A DNA stretch of 36,614 nt from Candidatus Woesearchaeota archaeon (GCA_050187915.1 JBFXLI010000003.1:30914-67527), one strand, 5' to 3'; counted from the stretch's first letter, positions 1 to 9,188 are shown. Translations and numbers: made by a program. The notes: generated from the letters alone by a model not told the origin.

Positions 1-22
1 AAAAAAAATTGGGATTACTCCC
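1..22 (-). terminator. Putative terminator of the S-layer gene
   Basis: Minus strand reads GGGA-GTAA-TCCC-AA-T8, 15 nt after the stop: a short GNRA-capped hairpin followed by an oligo-T tract. Confidence 0.6.
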
Positions 23-37
23 TTCAGTTTAACTCAC

Positions 38-2182
38 TTAGTTTACTGGTGTAACTTCAACGTTGTTAACGTCAGTTACGATAACTTCCATTTCGTCGCC
101 AGTTAAGTCATAAGTTTTGTAATCTGCAAGAACATTACATGCTCCTTGAGTTTCCATTGCTTCATAACCTGCAACTAATACAGCGTTGTGGTCTCCATAG
201 AATTTAATCATAGCTTTTCCTGCTTCGAAGGATGCTGCGATTTCTTCTGATGTTGGATTATTCATCAAAGCTGCTGCAACAGTGTTTATTGCTGGACCTC
301 CAACTACGATCATTGGTTTTGATCCTAAAGTTGGTGCGTTGATATCTTCAACTGCTAATCCTAAACTTGCTGGGTTGATAACTTGACTTACTCCACCAGC
401 TGCTGCGGAAGTTACTGTTCCTTGTGACTTGATAACGATTTGAGCTAATTGTCTTGCATGTGGTACATTTAAAACAATTTCATCGTCTTCATACATGTTA
501 TCCATATCTTCGAAGTATACACCATAAGTTGTTCTATGGTTGTCGTCGTCGTCATAGGATAAAGCAGTATTGTCTGCATCAGTGAAATCAAATGCAGCAT
601 TAGCATCATCTGCCAAAAATCCTGTGTATGTTGCATCAGTTTCGAAAGTTAATGTATCTACAACTGTAACTCCATCCATGAAGTTTATTGTATAAACATC
701 TCCAGTTACTCCTGCTACTGGTGTAACTTCAACTTCATCATCATCTAACATGAAAATAAATGAATCTGCTGCACCTATAGTTTCTCCTGAATTAATATAA
801 TCACCATCATCAAGATAATATATAGCACCAGTAGTACCATATACTAGCATTTCATCATAGTCTGAAGTATCTCCACTATCTACATAGAAAGCACCATCTG
901 CTGAAGATGTAAATTTAATTACTTCACCATCTGTTGCATCTGGAACTGCACAAGCAGCATCAGGACATAATTTTTCTTTGTCAAATGATATTTCTAATGT
1001 ATCATATTTAGCCATAGCGTTGTCATCCCATCCTGCGAATTGAATTGCTGCATACTCATTAGGTAACATTAATTCTTCACCCATTTTAAATGCAACTCTT
1101 TCATCATCGTCTTCTGCAACTGTTCTTTCATAATCGAAGTCTGGATTATTTATAATACCTATTGATTCTAACATGTCTGTTGCATCATTAGTTACAATAC
1201 TCCATACCCAATCAGCAACGTCTTCATCGTCTTCACCATCGAAGATTTGTAAAGCATCTCCATCTGCATATGTTTTAGTGATAACATCTCCTAAGATTAA
1301 GTTTGCTCCATTGTCGTCAGCACCTGAGTCATAGAAAATTGAATCTACTTCAACTTCGAAATCATCAGCTTGATCGAATTCAGCATCGTCTCCATCTGCA
1401 ATAACTTTAGTTTGTCCATCAACTGAAACAATAACTGAAGTTTCACCAACTCTTACTAAAGTAACTTCTTTACCTTCAACTTCAACCATATCTCCTTCAA
1501 TTAAGAAGTGTTCTGCTGAAGCTTCAACAGTAATTGTACCAACAGTATCAACAGCTGCACCATCTCCTGCGCCTATAATTTTTATACTTTTTCCTAAGAA
1601 ATCTATTTCAAACTCATCAGCAACATCTGTATATGCAACTCCTGCACCATCTTCAAATTCAATATAGTAACCTATGTCTCCTGCACCGATTTCCATGTAT
1701 GGTTCTGTTCCATAATTTTCTTCTGTTTTATAACCTGTATCTAATGAAGTCTCAATTCTTACTCCAGTATCTGCAATAGTTAAATATTCTTTATAATCAA
1801 TGTCACTATCATTTATACTTACAGTATCATCTGCGAAACCTTCTAAGTCTCCTTCATCATACTCTACAGCTGAGCCATAATCTTCGTTCATGTCAATAGC
1901 GAAGTCTTCTCCACCTTCTAAACTAACTGATCCACTTGCTGCAACAGAAGTTGTAGTAACTGCACTAGCTTGTATTGAAGCTGCGATGTCGATTGCACCA
2001 ACCATATCAGACATAGCTGCGCTGTGTCCAACAACAATTACACCATCAACTTGACCATCCATAACGAATGGTTGTGGGTAATCTGCTAAAGTATATGCCA
2101 TAGCACCAGCTAAAGTTGTACCAACTAAAGCTACACTTGCTCCAAGAGCAATAATTTTTTTTACATTGTTTTTTACGTTCAT
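38..2182 (-). CDS. S-layer protein (archaeal S_layer_N/S_layer_C type), very acidic
   Basis: Signal peptide KKIIALGASVALVGTTLAGAMA, N-terminal LADYPQPFV...IVVG...D..GAIDIA motif, C-terminal IVVGGPAIN...VLVAGY.A motif, GAGGTG SD upstream. Confidence 0.9.
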   Translation of the reverse strand: MNVKNNVKKIIALGASVALVGTTLAGAMAYTLADYPQPFVMDGQVDGVIVVGHSAAMSDMVGAIDIAASIQASAVTTTSVAASGSVSLEGGEDFAIDMNEDYGSAVEYDEGDLEGFADDTVSINDSDIDYKEYLTIADTGVRIETSLDTGYKTEENYGTEPYMEIGAGDIGYYIEFEDGAGVAYTDVADEFEIDFLGKSIKIIGAGDGAAVDTVGTITVEASAEHFLIEGDMVEVEGKEVTLVRVGETSVIVSVDGQTKVIADGDDAEFDQADDFEVEVDSIFYDSGADDNGANLILGDVITKTYADGDALQIFDGEDDEDVADWVWSIVTNDATDMLESIGIINNPDFDYERTVAEDDDERVAFKMGEELMLPNEYAAIQFAGWDDNAMAKYDTLEISFDKEKLCPDAACAVPDATDGEVIKFTSSADGAFYVDSGDTSDYDEMLVYGTTGAIYYLDDGDYINSGETIGAADSFIFMLDDDEVEVTPVAGVTGDVYTINFMDGVTVVDTLTFETDATYTGFLADDANAAFDFTDADNTALSYDDDDNHRTTYGVYFEDMDNMYEDDEIVLNVPHARQLAQIVIKSQGTVTSAAAGGVSQVINPASLGLAVEDINAPTLGSKPMIVVGGPAINTVAAALMNNPTSEEIAASFEAGKAMIKFYGDHNAVLVAGYEAMETQGACNVLADYKTYDLTGDEMEVIVTDVNNVEVTPVN

Positions 2183-2352
2183 AAAAACACCTCGTGTTTT
2201 AACTCAAATTTCTTTACTCGCCGTTTGTTAAAACGACATTCACTCTGCTAACCAAGATTTGTCACAACATATTAAGATTGCATCAGTCACTTGAATTAAC
2301 AAGCAACTTTTAAGCCTTAACATGCTATCTCTTATCTCAAGCCAGCACACCT
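2183..2352 (-). promoter_or_regulatory. Long structured 5' leader of the S-layer mRNA (putative)
   Basis: The nearest TATA is ~190 nt upstream of the ATG. Hand-paired helix 2334-2347/2246-2258, further local hairpins, and an SD-containing hairpin at 2184-2200. Confidence 0.5.
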
Positions 2353-2373
2353 TTAAACAAAAGTATCAAATTC

Positions 2374-2389
2374 TATTTATAAAGATTTC
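2374..2389 (-). promoter_or_regulatory. BRE/TATA promoter of the S-layer gene
   Basis: Minus strand GAAATC-TTTATAAATA, the same form as promoters before other genes in the window. Confidence 0.6.
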
Positions 2390-2696
2390 TATCGAAAAAT
2401 CAAATCAAAACACATACAACTAAAGATAAGCCGTAAAACCATTGAATTATACAAAATTAGGCAGTTGCTCTTCGTCAGTGACAATAAAAAACATAACTAA
2501 AAATTTAAGAAACAAAAAAACCTCAAAAACAACTTAAAAAATAAAATTAAAACCAATTATACCCTTAAAATATGACTTTAATTAATTTTTAACCCCTAAA
2601 AAACAAAATAAAACCAAATTAATCTCAAAAAACAAAACTAAGACAATTGTTTATATTCAATTAACTTTAAAAATACTTCCCACTTCCAATTAAAAC

Positions 2697-3002
2697 ATGG
2701 ACAAACCAAACATAAATCTTACAATTGCTGAGAAAGGCGAATGGACACAAGATCCACAAGGTTATTTTCTTATAGAACCCCGCCCACAAGAACATTTAAT
2801 TTACGCCCATCACTACAACAACAATCAAGAATACACAAATTCCATTGCAGGAAAAACTGCTGAAGAAATTTATTATACTATAATAAGACTTAATTTAGTA
2901 TCCACACTACAACATTCTGCATATTTAGGAAGCGAACTTAAGAAAGCAGAAATTGCTATGAAAACAAATCAAGTTTATATTCAAGACGAAGAATTAAAGT
3001 AA
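2697..3002 (+). CDS. Stand-alone DUF4346-domain protein
   Basis: DPxGYFLI...HxAYLGxELxKAEIA...YIQD motif, characteristic of DUF4346. Confidence 0.8.
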   Translation: MDKPNINLTIAEKGEWTQDPQGYFLIEPRPQEHLIYAHHYNNNQEYTNSIAGKTAEEIYYTIIRLNLVSTLQHSAYLGSELKKAEIAMKTNQVYIQDEELK

Positions 3003-3004
3003 GT

Positions 3005-3535
3005 TTAATTTTTTACTTTTAACAACTTCAACATTTCAAAATAAAAATTTTGTGCTCTTTTTAATGATGTTAGAGCTTTTGAATGTTTAATTTCAGAAGT
3101 CATATTATATTGGAAACTTCCTCTTTTTCTTCTTTCTTTATCAAAAGAACCAATAATTTCATCAGTTTTAATATTTATTAAAGCTTCATCCATTAAATCT
3201 TGATAATCTGTAATTAATTGTTTAACATTATCTCTCAATAAAACTATTAATAAATCCGCAGTTACTTTGTGTACATTTTTATCTCCACAATCCCAACCTT
3301 TTTTATTAATAACTGCATTTGCAATATAGAACATGGAATAATAACTAATAACAACGACCCACAAATCAGATTTATCATCATCATAAGTGTCTTTTGCAAG
3401 AATTAAACTTTCATTAGCATTTTGTTTCAATATTTCAATAATTTGAGGATCAAAAGTTTTCTTTTTAATTAAACTTTCATCAAGATATGTTTTAAAATTA
3501 TTTTCTGCTTCTTTAATTCTTTCTTTAGTTAACAT
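3005..3535 (-). CDS. HEPN-domain protein (toxin partner, pair 1)
   Basis: ISYYSMFY..NA, H..T and R.KR...QY motifs; overlaps the upstream nucleotidyltransferase gene. Confidence 0.8.
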   Translation of the reverse strand: MLTKERIKEAENNFKTYLDESLIKKKTFDPQIIEILKQNANESLILAKDTYDDDKSDLWVVVISYYSMFYIANAVINKKGWDCGDKNVHKVTADLLIVLLRDNVKQLITDYQDLMDEALINIKTDEIIGSFDKERRKRGSFQYNMTSEIKHSKALTSLKRAQNFYFEMLKLLKVKN

Positions 3536-4088
3536 TTTTCAAAAACCTATAATATTCTTCTACTCCAAATAAAACCACATTATTTTTTACTGCTTCAGAT
3601 ACAACTGTAAATTTTTTTGAGTTTAACATTGAAATAAATTCTTTATTACTCACACAAGTTAAATGAATTGATAAAGGTAATATTTCTAATTGCTTTTTTA
3701 TTAAATCTGAATCGTTTGAAATTAATAATAAATCAATATCTGAATTTTTTGTTTGTGTATTTTTTGCATAAGAACCAAACAATAAAAGAATAAATTGTTC
3801 ATTTAATTTTTCTAATTCTTCATAAATTATTTTTAAATTTTTATTTTTTAAAATATTTTCTAATCTTTGTTTCTCTACCAAATAAATTTCATTTGTTAAA
3901 TTTGCTTTAAATGATACAAAATTGACTTTGCTTTGTTTTCTAATATTTAAAGAATTTTTTAAATTATCAATCAAAACATAAATTGTTTTGTAGTCTATTT
4001 TCAAAATTTTAGATAATGCATATATTGAAAATTCATCTTCTTTGTTTTCAATTAAGTAATTTATAAGTTTATATGTATTTTTAAACAT
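3525..4088 (-). CDS. HTH + minimal nucleotidyltransferase (MNT antitoxin, pair 1)
   Basis: LFGSYAK...SDIDLL motif and N-terminal HTH. Start moved from 4133 to ATG 4088, which lies ~25 nt after a TATA at 4113-4122. Confidence 0.85.
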   Translation of the reverse strand: MFKNTYKLINYLIENKEDEFSIYALSKILKIDYKTIYVLIDNLKNSLNIRKQSKVNFVSFKANLTNEIYLVEKQRLENILKNKNLKIIYEELEKLNEQFILLLFGSYAKNTQTKNSDIDLLLISNDSDLIKKQLEILPLSIHLTCVSNKEFISMLNSKKFTVVSEAVKNNVVLFGVEEYYRFLKNVN

Positions 4089-4160
4089 AATATTATGGTA
4101 TTTATTACATATATTTAAATCTTTTGCTTTCATAAATATTTATTGAAAACAACTAAGATT

Positions 4161-4196
4161 TATATTTTCTCAAACAAAAACCGAAATTTTTACGAA
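4161..4196 (-). repeat. Degenerate inverted copy of the 38-bp cassette-border motif
   Basis: Minus strand TTCGTAAAAATTTCGGTTTTTGTTTGAGAAAATATA matches 5553-5588 at 29 of 36 positions without gaps. Confidence 0.7.
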
Positions 4197-4230
4197 AACA
4201 TTTAATAACGAATCTTCATTCCAATAATCA

Positions 4231-5559
4231 ATGATACCAGAACTTTTAATGCCTGCGGGAGATTTAGAAAAAGCAAAGTACGCAATAGCTTTTGGAGCTG
4301 ATGCTGTTTATGCAGGTATTCCTCAATTCTCACTTAGAGTAAAAGAAAATACATTTAACCTAAACGAAACAAAAGAATTAATAGATTATGTTCACAAAAA
4401 AAATAAGAAGATTTACATTACTGCAAATATTTATCCTCACAATAATAAAATTGAATCTTTTCAAAAACATTTTGACGAATTAGTTAAATTAAAACCAGAT
4501 GCATTTATTATGTCTGATCCTGGACTCATAATGCTTGCATTAGAAAAATATCCTGAAATTGAAATTCATCTTTCTGTTCAACAAAATAATGTTAATTGGG
4601 CATCATCCAAGTTCTGGGGAAAAATTGGAATTAAAAGAATTATTTTAGCTAGAGAATTATCTATAAAAGAAATTGAAACAATAATAGAAAAAAACCCAAA
4701 TTTAGAATTTGAAGTTTTTATTCATGGCGCTATGTGTATCGCTTATTCTGGTAGATGTCTTCTCTCAAATTACTTCGCAAAGCGTGATGCAAATCAAGGT
4801 ATTTGTGCACAATCTTGTAGATGGCAATATAAAGTTCTTAAACAGGTAGGCAGTGAACAGGAAACAGATTTACAGTCTGACTTTACTATTAGAAGTAAAC
4901 CTGAAGATTATAAAAAAATAAATGGAGATTTTTTTCTTGAAGAAAAACTTCGTCCAAATCAACTTACTGAAATTCAAGAAGATGAAAATGGAACTTACAT
5001 TATGAATTCAAGAGATATTTGTGCTATAAGTTACATTGAAGATCTTATGAAAATCGGTGTTCATTCTTTTAAAGTTGAAGGAAGAAATAAAAGTGTTTAT
5101 TATGCTGCAATTGTCGCAAAAGTTTATAGAGAAATTATTGATAAATTAAAAGCTGGAGAAAAAATTGATGCAAAAAAATATTTAGAAGAATTACAAAGTG
5201 TTGCAAACCGAGGTTACATTCCTGGTTTTTTAGCTGAACCACTTACACATGAAGCTCAATGGTATGAAAAAAATTCTCATTTACAAACTCATATTTTTGC
5301 AGGTATTTTAATATCTTATAACAAAGAAACTGGTGAAGCAATTTTTCATGCAAAGAATCAATTAAATAGTGAAGATATTATTGAAATTATCACTCCAAAA
5401 AATAAATTCGAAGTTTCTTTAAAAGAAATGACTGATGAAAACAACAATAAAATTTCTGAAATTCATCCTGGTGCAGGAAACTTTAAAATTATAATTCCTA
5501 ACTTAAATTCTGATTTTGCAATTGCAAGATTAAAAGGAAACCAGAAAAGAAATTCGTAA
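4231..5559 (+). CDS. trhP: Peptidase U32 family Fe-S protein, TrhP/YegQ-like tRNA U34 hydroxylase
   Basis: PELLMPAG...GADAVYAG...SLR N-terminus, E.FIHGAMCIAYSGRCLLS...DANQGICAQSCRW Cys cluster, KVEGR motif and a U32 C-terminal domain. Confidence 0.75.
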   Translation: MIPELLMPAGDLEKAKYAIAFGADAVYAGIPQFSLRVKENTFNLNETKELIDYVHKKNKKIYITANIYPHNNKIESFQKHFDELVKLKPDAFIMSDPGLIMLALEKYPEIEIHLSVQQNNVNWASSKFWGKIGIKRIILARELSIKEIETIIEKNPNLEFEVFIHGAMCIAYSGRCLLSNYFAKRDANQGICAQSCRWQYKVLKQVGSEQETDLQSDFTIRSKPEDYKKINGDFFLEEKLRPNQLTEIQEDENGTYIMNSRDICAISYIEDLMKIGVHSFKVEGRNKSVYYAAIVAKVYREIIDKLKAGEKIDAKKYLEELQSVANRGYIPGFLAEPLTHEAQWYEKNSHLQTHIFAGILISYNKETGEAIFHAKNQLNSEDIIEIITPKNKFEVSLKEMTDENNNKISEIHPGAGNFKIIIPNLNSDFAIARLKGNQKRNS

Positions 5560-5590
5560 ATTTTCCGGTTTTTTCTTGAACAAATATATA
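5553..5590 (+). repeat. 38-bp direct repeat, copy 1
   Basis: TTCGTAAATTTTCCGGTTTTTTCTTGAACAAATATATA is identical to 6038-6075 and contains the U32 stop codon. Confidence 0.95.
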
Positions 5591-5613
5591 ATATTCTTAA
5601 TAAGAAATAAATT

Positions 5614-5742
5614 ATGAAATATTATTTACACATCGCAATAGCTGAAAGAATGAATTATATATTCATAACAAGAGATGAAGATTTATTCAATATTTCTAAA
5701 AACATAATAACTGTAAATAAACCTGAAGAATTACTTAATTAA
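5614..5742 (+). pseudogene. Internally deleted PIN/VapC-type toxin (42 aa, absent from the ORF track)
   Basis: Translates as MKYYLHIAIAERMNYIFITRDEDLFNISKNIITVNKPEELLN: a PIN N-terminal strand joined directly to the C-terminal LHIAIA...ITRD..L...KPEEL motifs. Confidence 0.7.
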
Positions 5743-5988
5743 TTTATTTATTTTCTCTATATCTTTAAATGATTTAATTTGAGAAGATAATTTTTTCCTT
5801 ATAATATTTACTTCTTTAACCGAATCTTTTCTATTGGGAATTATTCCTATTAAATTATCTAAAACTAATTTTCTTACTGCATCTCTAATGACATCAGATC
5901 TATTTGAATAAATACCTGTTTGAACCAAATCATCCATTTTCTCAATTAAACCAGAAGACATTCTTATTTGAATTGTATCCATTACCAT
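5731..5988 (-). CDS. Ribbon-helix-helix (CopG/Arc/MetJ) protein, probable antitoxin
   Basis: IQIRM...IEKMDDLVQTGIYSNRSDVIRDAVR is a typical RHH signature. Confidence 0.85.
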   Translation of the reverse strand: MVMDTIQIRMSSGLIEKMDDLVQTGIYSNRSDVIRDAVRKLVLDNLIGIIPNRKDSVKEVNIIRKKLSSQIKSFKDIEKINKLIK

Positions 5989-6037
5989 AGTAATTTATTT
6001 GTACTACATACATATATATAAATTTTTCTAAATTAAT

Positions 6038-6075
6038 TTCGTAAATTTTCCGGTTTTTTCTTGAACAAATATATA
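6038..6075 (+). repeat. 38-bp direct repeat, copy 2
   Basis: Identical to 5553-5590. Confidence 0.95.
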
Positions 6076-6114
6076 TTAAGGTTAAATTTACAATAAATAG
6101 AAAGTTTTAAATAA

Positions 6115-6135
6115 TACTTACCTTTAATGTAAGTA
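6115..6135. promoter_or_regulatory. Putative autoregulatory operator
   Basis: Perfect inverted repeat TACTTAC-N7-GTAAGTA between the TATA (~6104-6113) and ATG 6138. Confidence 0.5.
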
Positions 6136-6137
6136 AA

Positions 6138-6689
6138 ATGGGAAAACCAAGTAAAGAAGAAGATGTTTTAAAACTTTTCTTTGAAGAACCAACAAAACAC
6201 TGGCACTTTACAGAAATAAAATCAATAGTAAAAATTGCAGATAATAAAGTAAGTCGTTGGTTAAATGAATTTGTTAAAATGAAATTAATAAAAAAAATAA
6301 AACCTCAAAATAAGATGCCTTATTATATTAGTAATTACGAAAATTCAAACTATCAAAATTTAAAGAAATTTTATGCAATAAAAAAATTTCAAAATAGTGG
6401 TTTTTTTAATCATTTATTAGGCTTGGATGCAAAATCAATAGTTTTATTTGGAAGTTTTTCAAGATGGGATTGGTATAAAAACAGCGATATTGATTTATTT
6501 ATTTATGGAGATGACAAACATTTTGAAAAAAGTAAATATGAAAAAATTTTAAATCATGAAATACAAGTTTTTAATTTTAAAAATAAATCTCAATTAAAAA
6601 AAATTCCTAAAGAATTAATGCATAATATAATTCAAGGAAATTTAATAAAAGGAAATTTGGATTTTTTAGAGGTGAATGTTATTGGTTAA
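6138..6689 (+). CDS. wHTH + minimal nucleotidyltransferase (pair 2)
   Basis: LFFEEP...H N-terminal wHTH and VLFGSFSR...SDIDLFI motif. Confidence 0.85.
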   Translation: MGKPSKEEDVLKLFFEEPTKHWHFTEIKSIVKIADNKVSRWLNEFVKMKLIKKIKPQNKMPYYISNYENSNYQNLKKFYAIKKFQNSGFFNHLLGLDAKSIVLFGSFSRWDWYKNSDIDLFIYGDDKHFEKSKYEKILNHEIQVFNFKNKSQLKKIPKELMHNIIQGNLIKGNLDFLEVNVIG

Positions 6690-7131
6690 GGAATTAAGTT
6701 TAGAAGAGTCTTATGATTTATGCGTTGCTGAGGGAAATTTTATTCCTATTGCAGAAATAAACAAAGATAAAATTAAATCTATGTTAAATATTGTAGATGA
6801 AGATTTATTGACAATTGAAGAACTTAAAAAAACCAATCGTTTTAATACTTTGTGTAAATTAAATTATGATGTGCTACATACTCTAACAGAAGCTTTTTTA
6901 ATTTTTGATAAAATAAAAGTAAAAAATCATAAATGTTTATTCACAATTCTATGTTTAAAACATTCTGATTTAGATTTGGATTGGAATTTTTTTGAAAAAA
7001 TAAGAACTAAACGTAATGGAATACATTATTATGGAACAAATTTAAGTAGGGATGATTGGAAAGAATTAAACTTACAAACTTCTTTATATATAAATGTTTT
7101 AAAAACTAAAATAAAGCAAAAATTAAAATAA
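6676..7131 (+). CDS. HEPN-like protein (pair 2)
   Basis: Y..LH.L.EA, NHKC and R.KRNGIHYYG motifs; overlaps the MNT gene with a GAGGTG SD. Confidence 0.7.
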   Translation: MLLVKELSLEESYDLCVAEGNFIPIAEINKDKIKSMLNIVDEDLLTIEELKKTNRFNTLCKLNYDVLHTLTEAFLIFDKIKVKNHKCLFTILCLKHSDLDLDWNFFEKIRTKRNGIHYYGTNLSRDDWKELNLQTSLYINVLKTKIKQKLK

Positions 7132-7151
7132 ACAATTAAATTCATAAAATT

Positions 7152-8249
7152 GTGAAAGAAATTAAAGTTAGGGGAAAATCACCAAATATTTTTGTAGGAC
7201 ACACTAATTATCCTAAAGTTAAAGTTGGTTATCTTCTTACTCAAAAATATGATCATCATGATGAACCTAAATTTTTTGTTGAAAATAAATTTAATATTCC
7301 TACTATAATTTCAAAGCGAAGACAACTTTTAAATTCTACAATTACAGCAAATATTAAAGATTCAAATAATAAAATTCTAGACACTGCAAAACTTGTTGCA
7401 AAAAGTGATAATCCTGTTGATAGTGAAATTTCATTAACAAATATGTGTGGTACGTTTCAAACTGATAATATCGCTATGCCTTTCGGCCCTAGTGCTGAAT
7501 TAAAAAATATTAAAATTACTGAAAATGTTAAAATAAATAAATTTGTGGAAAGAATAACTAATGATTCTGATATTTTAGCGAAAAATGCAATTGAAGAATT
7601 AAATAAAAAATTTATTGATGAGTATCATTTAACAAAACTTTTATCTATTGGAACTTTAGGTAAAAGTCCTAAACTTGTTCCAACTAAATGGTCTATTACT
7701 GCTGTTGATGATATGATTTCATTAAATAAACATGAAGAAATTTTAAACTACAAAGAAATTGATTTTAAATTATTCGCAGGTGAATATCTTGGAAATAAAT
7801 ATATTATTTGTTTTTTTCCAGGAGCTTATTCTTATGAGTTTATAGAAATTATTTTTCCAAGAACAAAAGATAATAACACAGATAATTTTTATGTTCAAAG
7901 TGATTTTGAATATACTCAAGGTAGAAGTGAATATGCATTTACAACTGCTGGTGGATATTATGCATCAAGACTTCCTGTTATTGAATTTTTAAAAGAAAAT
8001 AAAAAACAAGGAAAAATTATTGTGTTTAGATGTATAACTGATGATTATACAACTCCATTAGGTGTATGGGTTGTGAGAGAAGGTGTAAGAGAAACATTAA
8101 AAACAAAAAACAAAGATGTTGAAGAATCTAATGCAATAAAAGTTATTGAAGCTTATCTTAGAAAATATGGTATGAATAATCCTACATTAGCAATAAATCA
8201 AAGTAAGTTACTTAAAGAAACCCAAAAAAGTTTAAAGAAATTTATTTAA
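7152..8249 (+). CDS. nreA: Nre-family archaeal DNA repair protein with C-terminal PIP box
   Basis: SP.IFVG..YPKV, LVPTKWSITAVDD, GGYYASRL and PLGVWVVRE motifs; C-terminal QKSLKKF PCNA-interacting motif. No N-terminal Cys finger. Confidence 0.85.
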   Translation: MKEIKVRGKSPNIFVGHTNYPKVKVGYLLTQKYDHHDEPKFFVENKFNIPTIISKRRQLLNSTITANIKDSNNKILDTAKLVAKSDNPVDSEISLTNMCGTFQTDNIAMPFGPSAELKNIKITENVKINKFVERITNDSDILAKNAIEELNKKFIDEYHLTKLLSIGTLGKSPKLVPTKWSITAVDDMISLNKHEEILNYKEIDFKLFAGEYLGNKYIICFFPGAYSYEFIEIIFPRTKDNNTDNFYVQSDFEYTQGRSEYAFTTAGGYYASRLPVIEFLKENKKQGKIIVFRCITDDYTTPLGVWVVREGVRETLKTKNKDVEESNAIKVIEAYLRKYGMNNPTLAINQSKLLKETQKSLKKFI

Positions 8250-9163
8250 TCTTTTGCCCAAACATTAAATACTAAATTATAGACTTGTCCATTATAAGTT
8301 ACAGGTATTGCAGTTGAACGGAAGTTTTTTATATCTAAATAATCAGCTTCAAAATTTCCAGAAATTATGCTTACTTGTTGTTTTTTAATTTTAACTATAT
8401 CTCCAACACAACATTCATAATTATATATAAAATCATCATCTTCAGTTATATAAATTTGATTGTCTTTTCTTACGTAATCACAGAGTGTTGCAATTTCTTC
8501 TGCTGTTGTTATTGGATAAGCTCCTCCTCTAAAAGCATCTTGAAAAACATCTTGATAAGTACAATTGTTTATTCCTTGACAACTTGCTTTACAATATCCT
8601 GCTGTTCCTGTACAATCTGAATTACATAATCCTTCATATAAAGGTATATTTATATCAGTATAACTTTTTTCTGAACGAATTAAAGTTTTGTTCACTAAAT
8701 CACTATCATAGTATGTGTCTTTAACTAAAAAATAAACTTTTCCTGATGGAATTATTCCTTTCCATTCTCCTTTTGAATTTGTTGTGTTTACTTTTATTCC
8801 TTCAACTGAATTTGCATAATAAGCATAAATTGTCAATGGTGTTGTTATGGTAACGGTTGGTCTATCTGGAAGATAAACTTTTCCTGAAACTTCAACAGTA
8901 CAATCTCCATCTGGGCACATTGCACAACTTCCTTGTTGTGTTCCATCAGTAAAATCTTCTGGGCAAACTCCATCTTTAACTTTATTACAAACAAAACAAG
9001 TATCACAAATTTGTACTGCTCCAAATCCATATTGACTTTGAGGTGGAGAAATTCCACAAGCTGACTTTGATGAACAAGTATCTATTTCAGCTATAACTAA
9101 TATTGAAGATATTAAAAATAAGAATGCAAAAATCGAAATTAATTTGATTTGTCTCATATACAT
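8246..9163 (-). CDS. Secreted Cys-rich hypothetical protein with a carboxypeptidase-regulatory-like beta domain
   Basis: Signal peptide, DGVCPEDF and C..CPD.DC motifs, V.GKVY...TTNSKGEW segment. Confidence 0.6.
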   Translation of the reverse strand: MYMRQIKLISIFAFLFLISSILVIAEIDTCSSKSACGISPPQSQYGFGAVQICDTCFVCNKVKDGVCPEDFTDGTQQGSCAMCPDGDCTVEVSGKVYLPDRPTVTITTPLTIYAYYANSVEGIKVNTTNSKGEWKGIIPSGKVYFLVKDTYYDSDLVNKTLIRSEKSYTDINIPLYEGLCNSDCTGTAGYCKASCQGINNCTYQDVFQDAFRGGAYPITTAEEIATLCDYVRKDNQIYITEDDDFIYNYECCVGDIVKIKKQQVSIISGNFEADYLDIKNFRSTAIPVTYNGQVYNLVFNVWAKD

Positions 9164-9188
9164 TTATTAATTATCATTATTTATAAAT

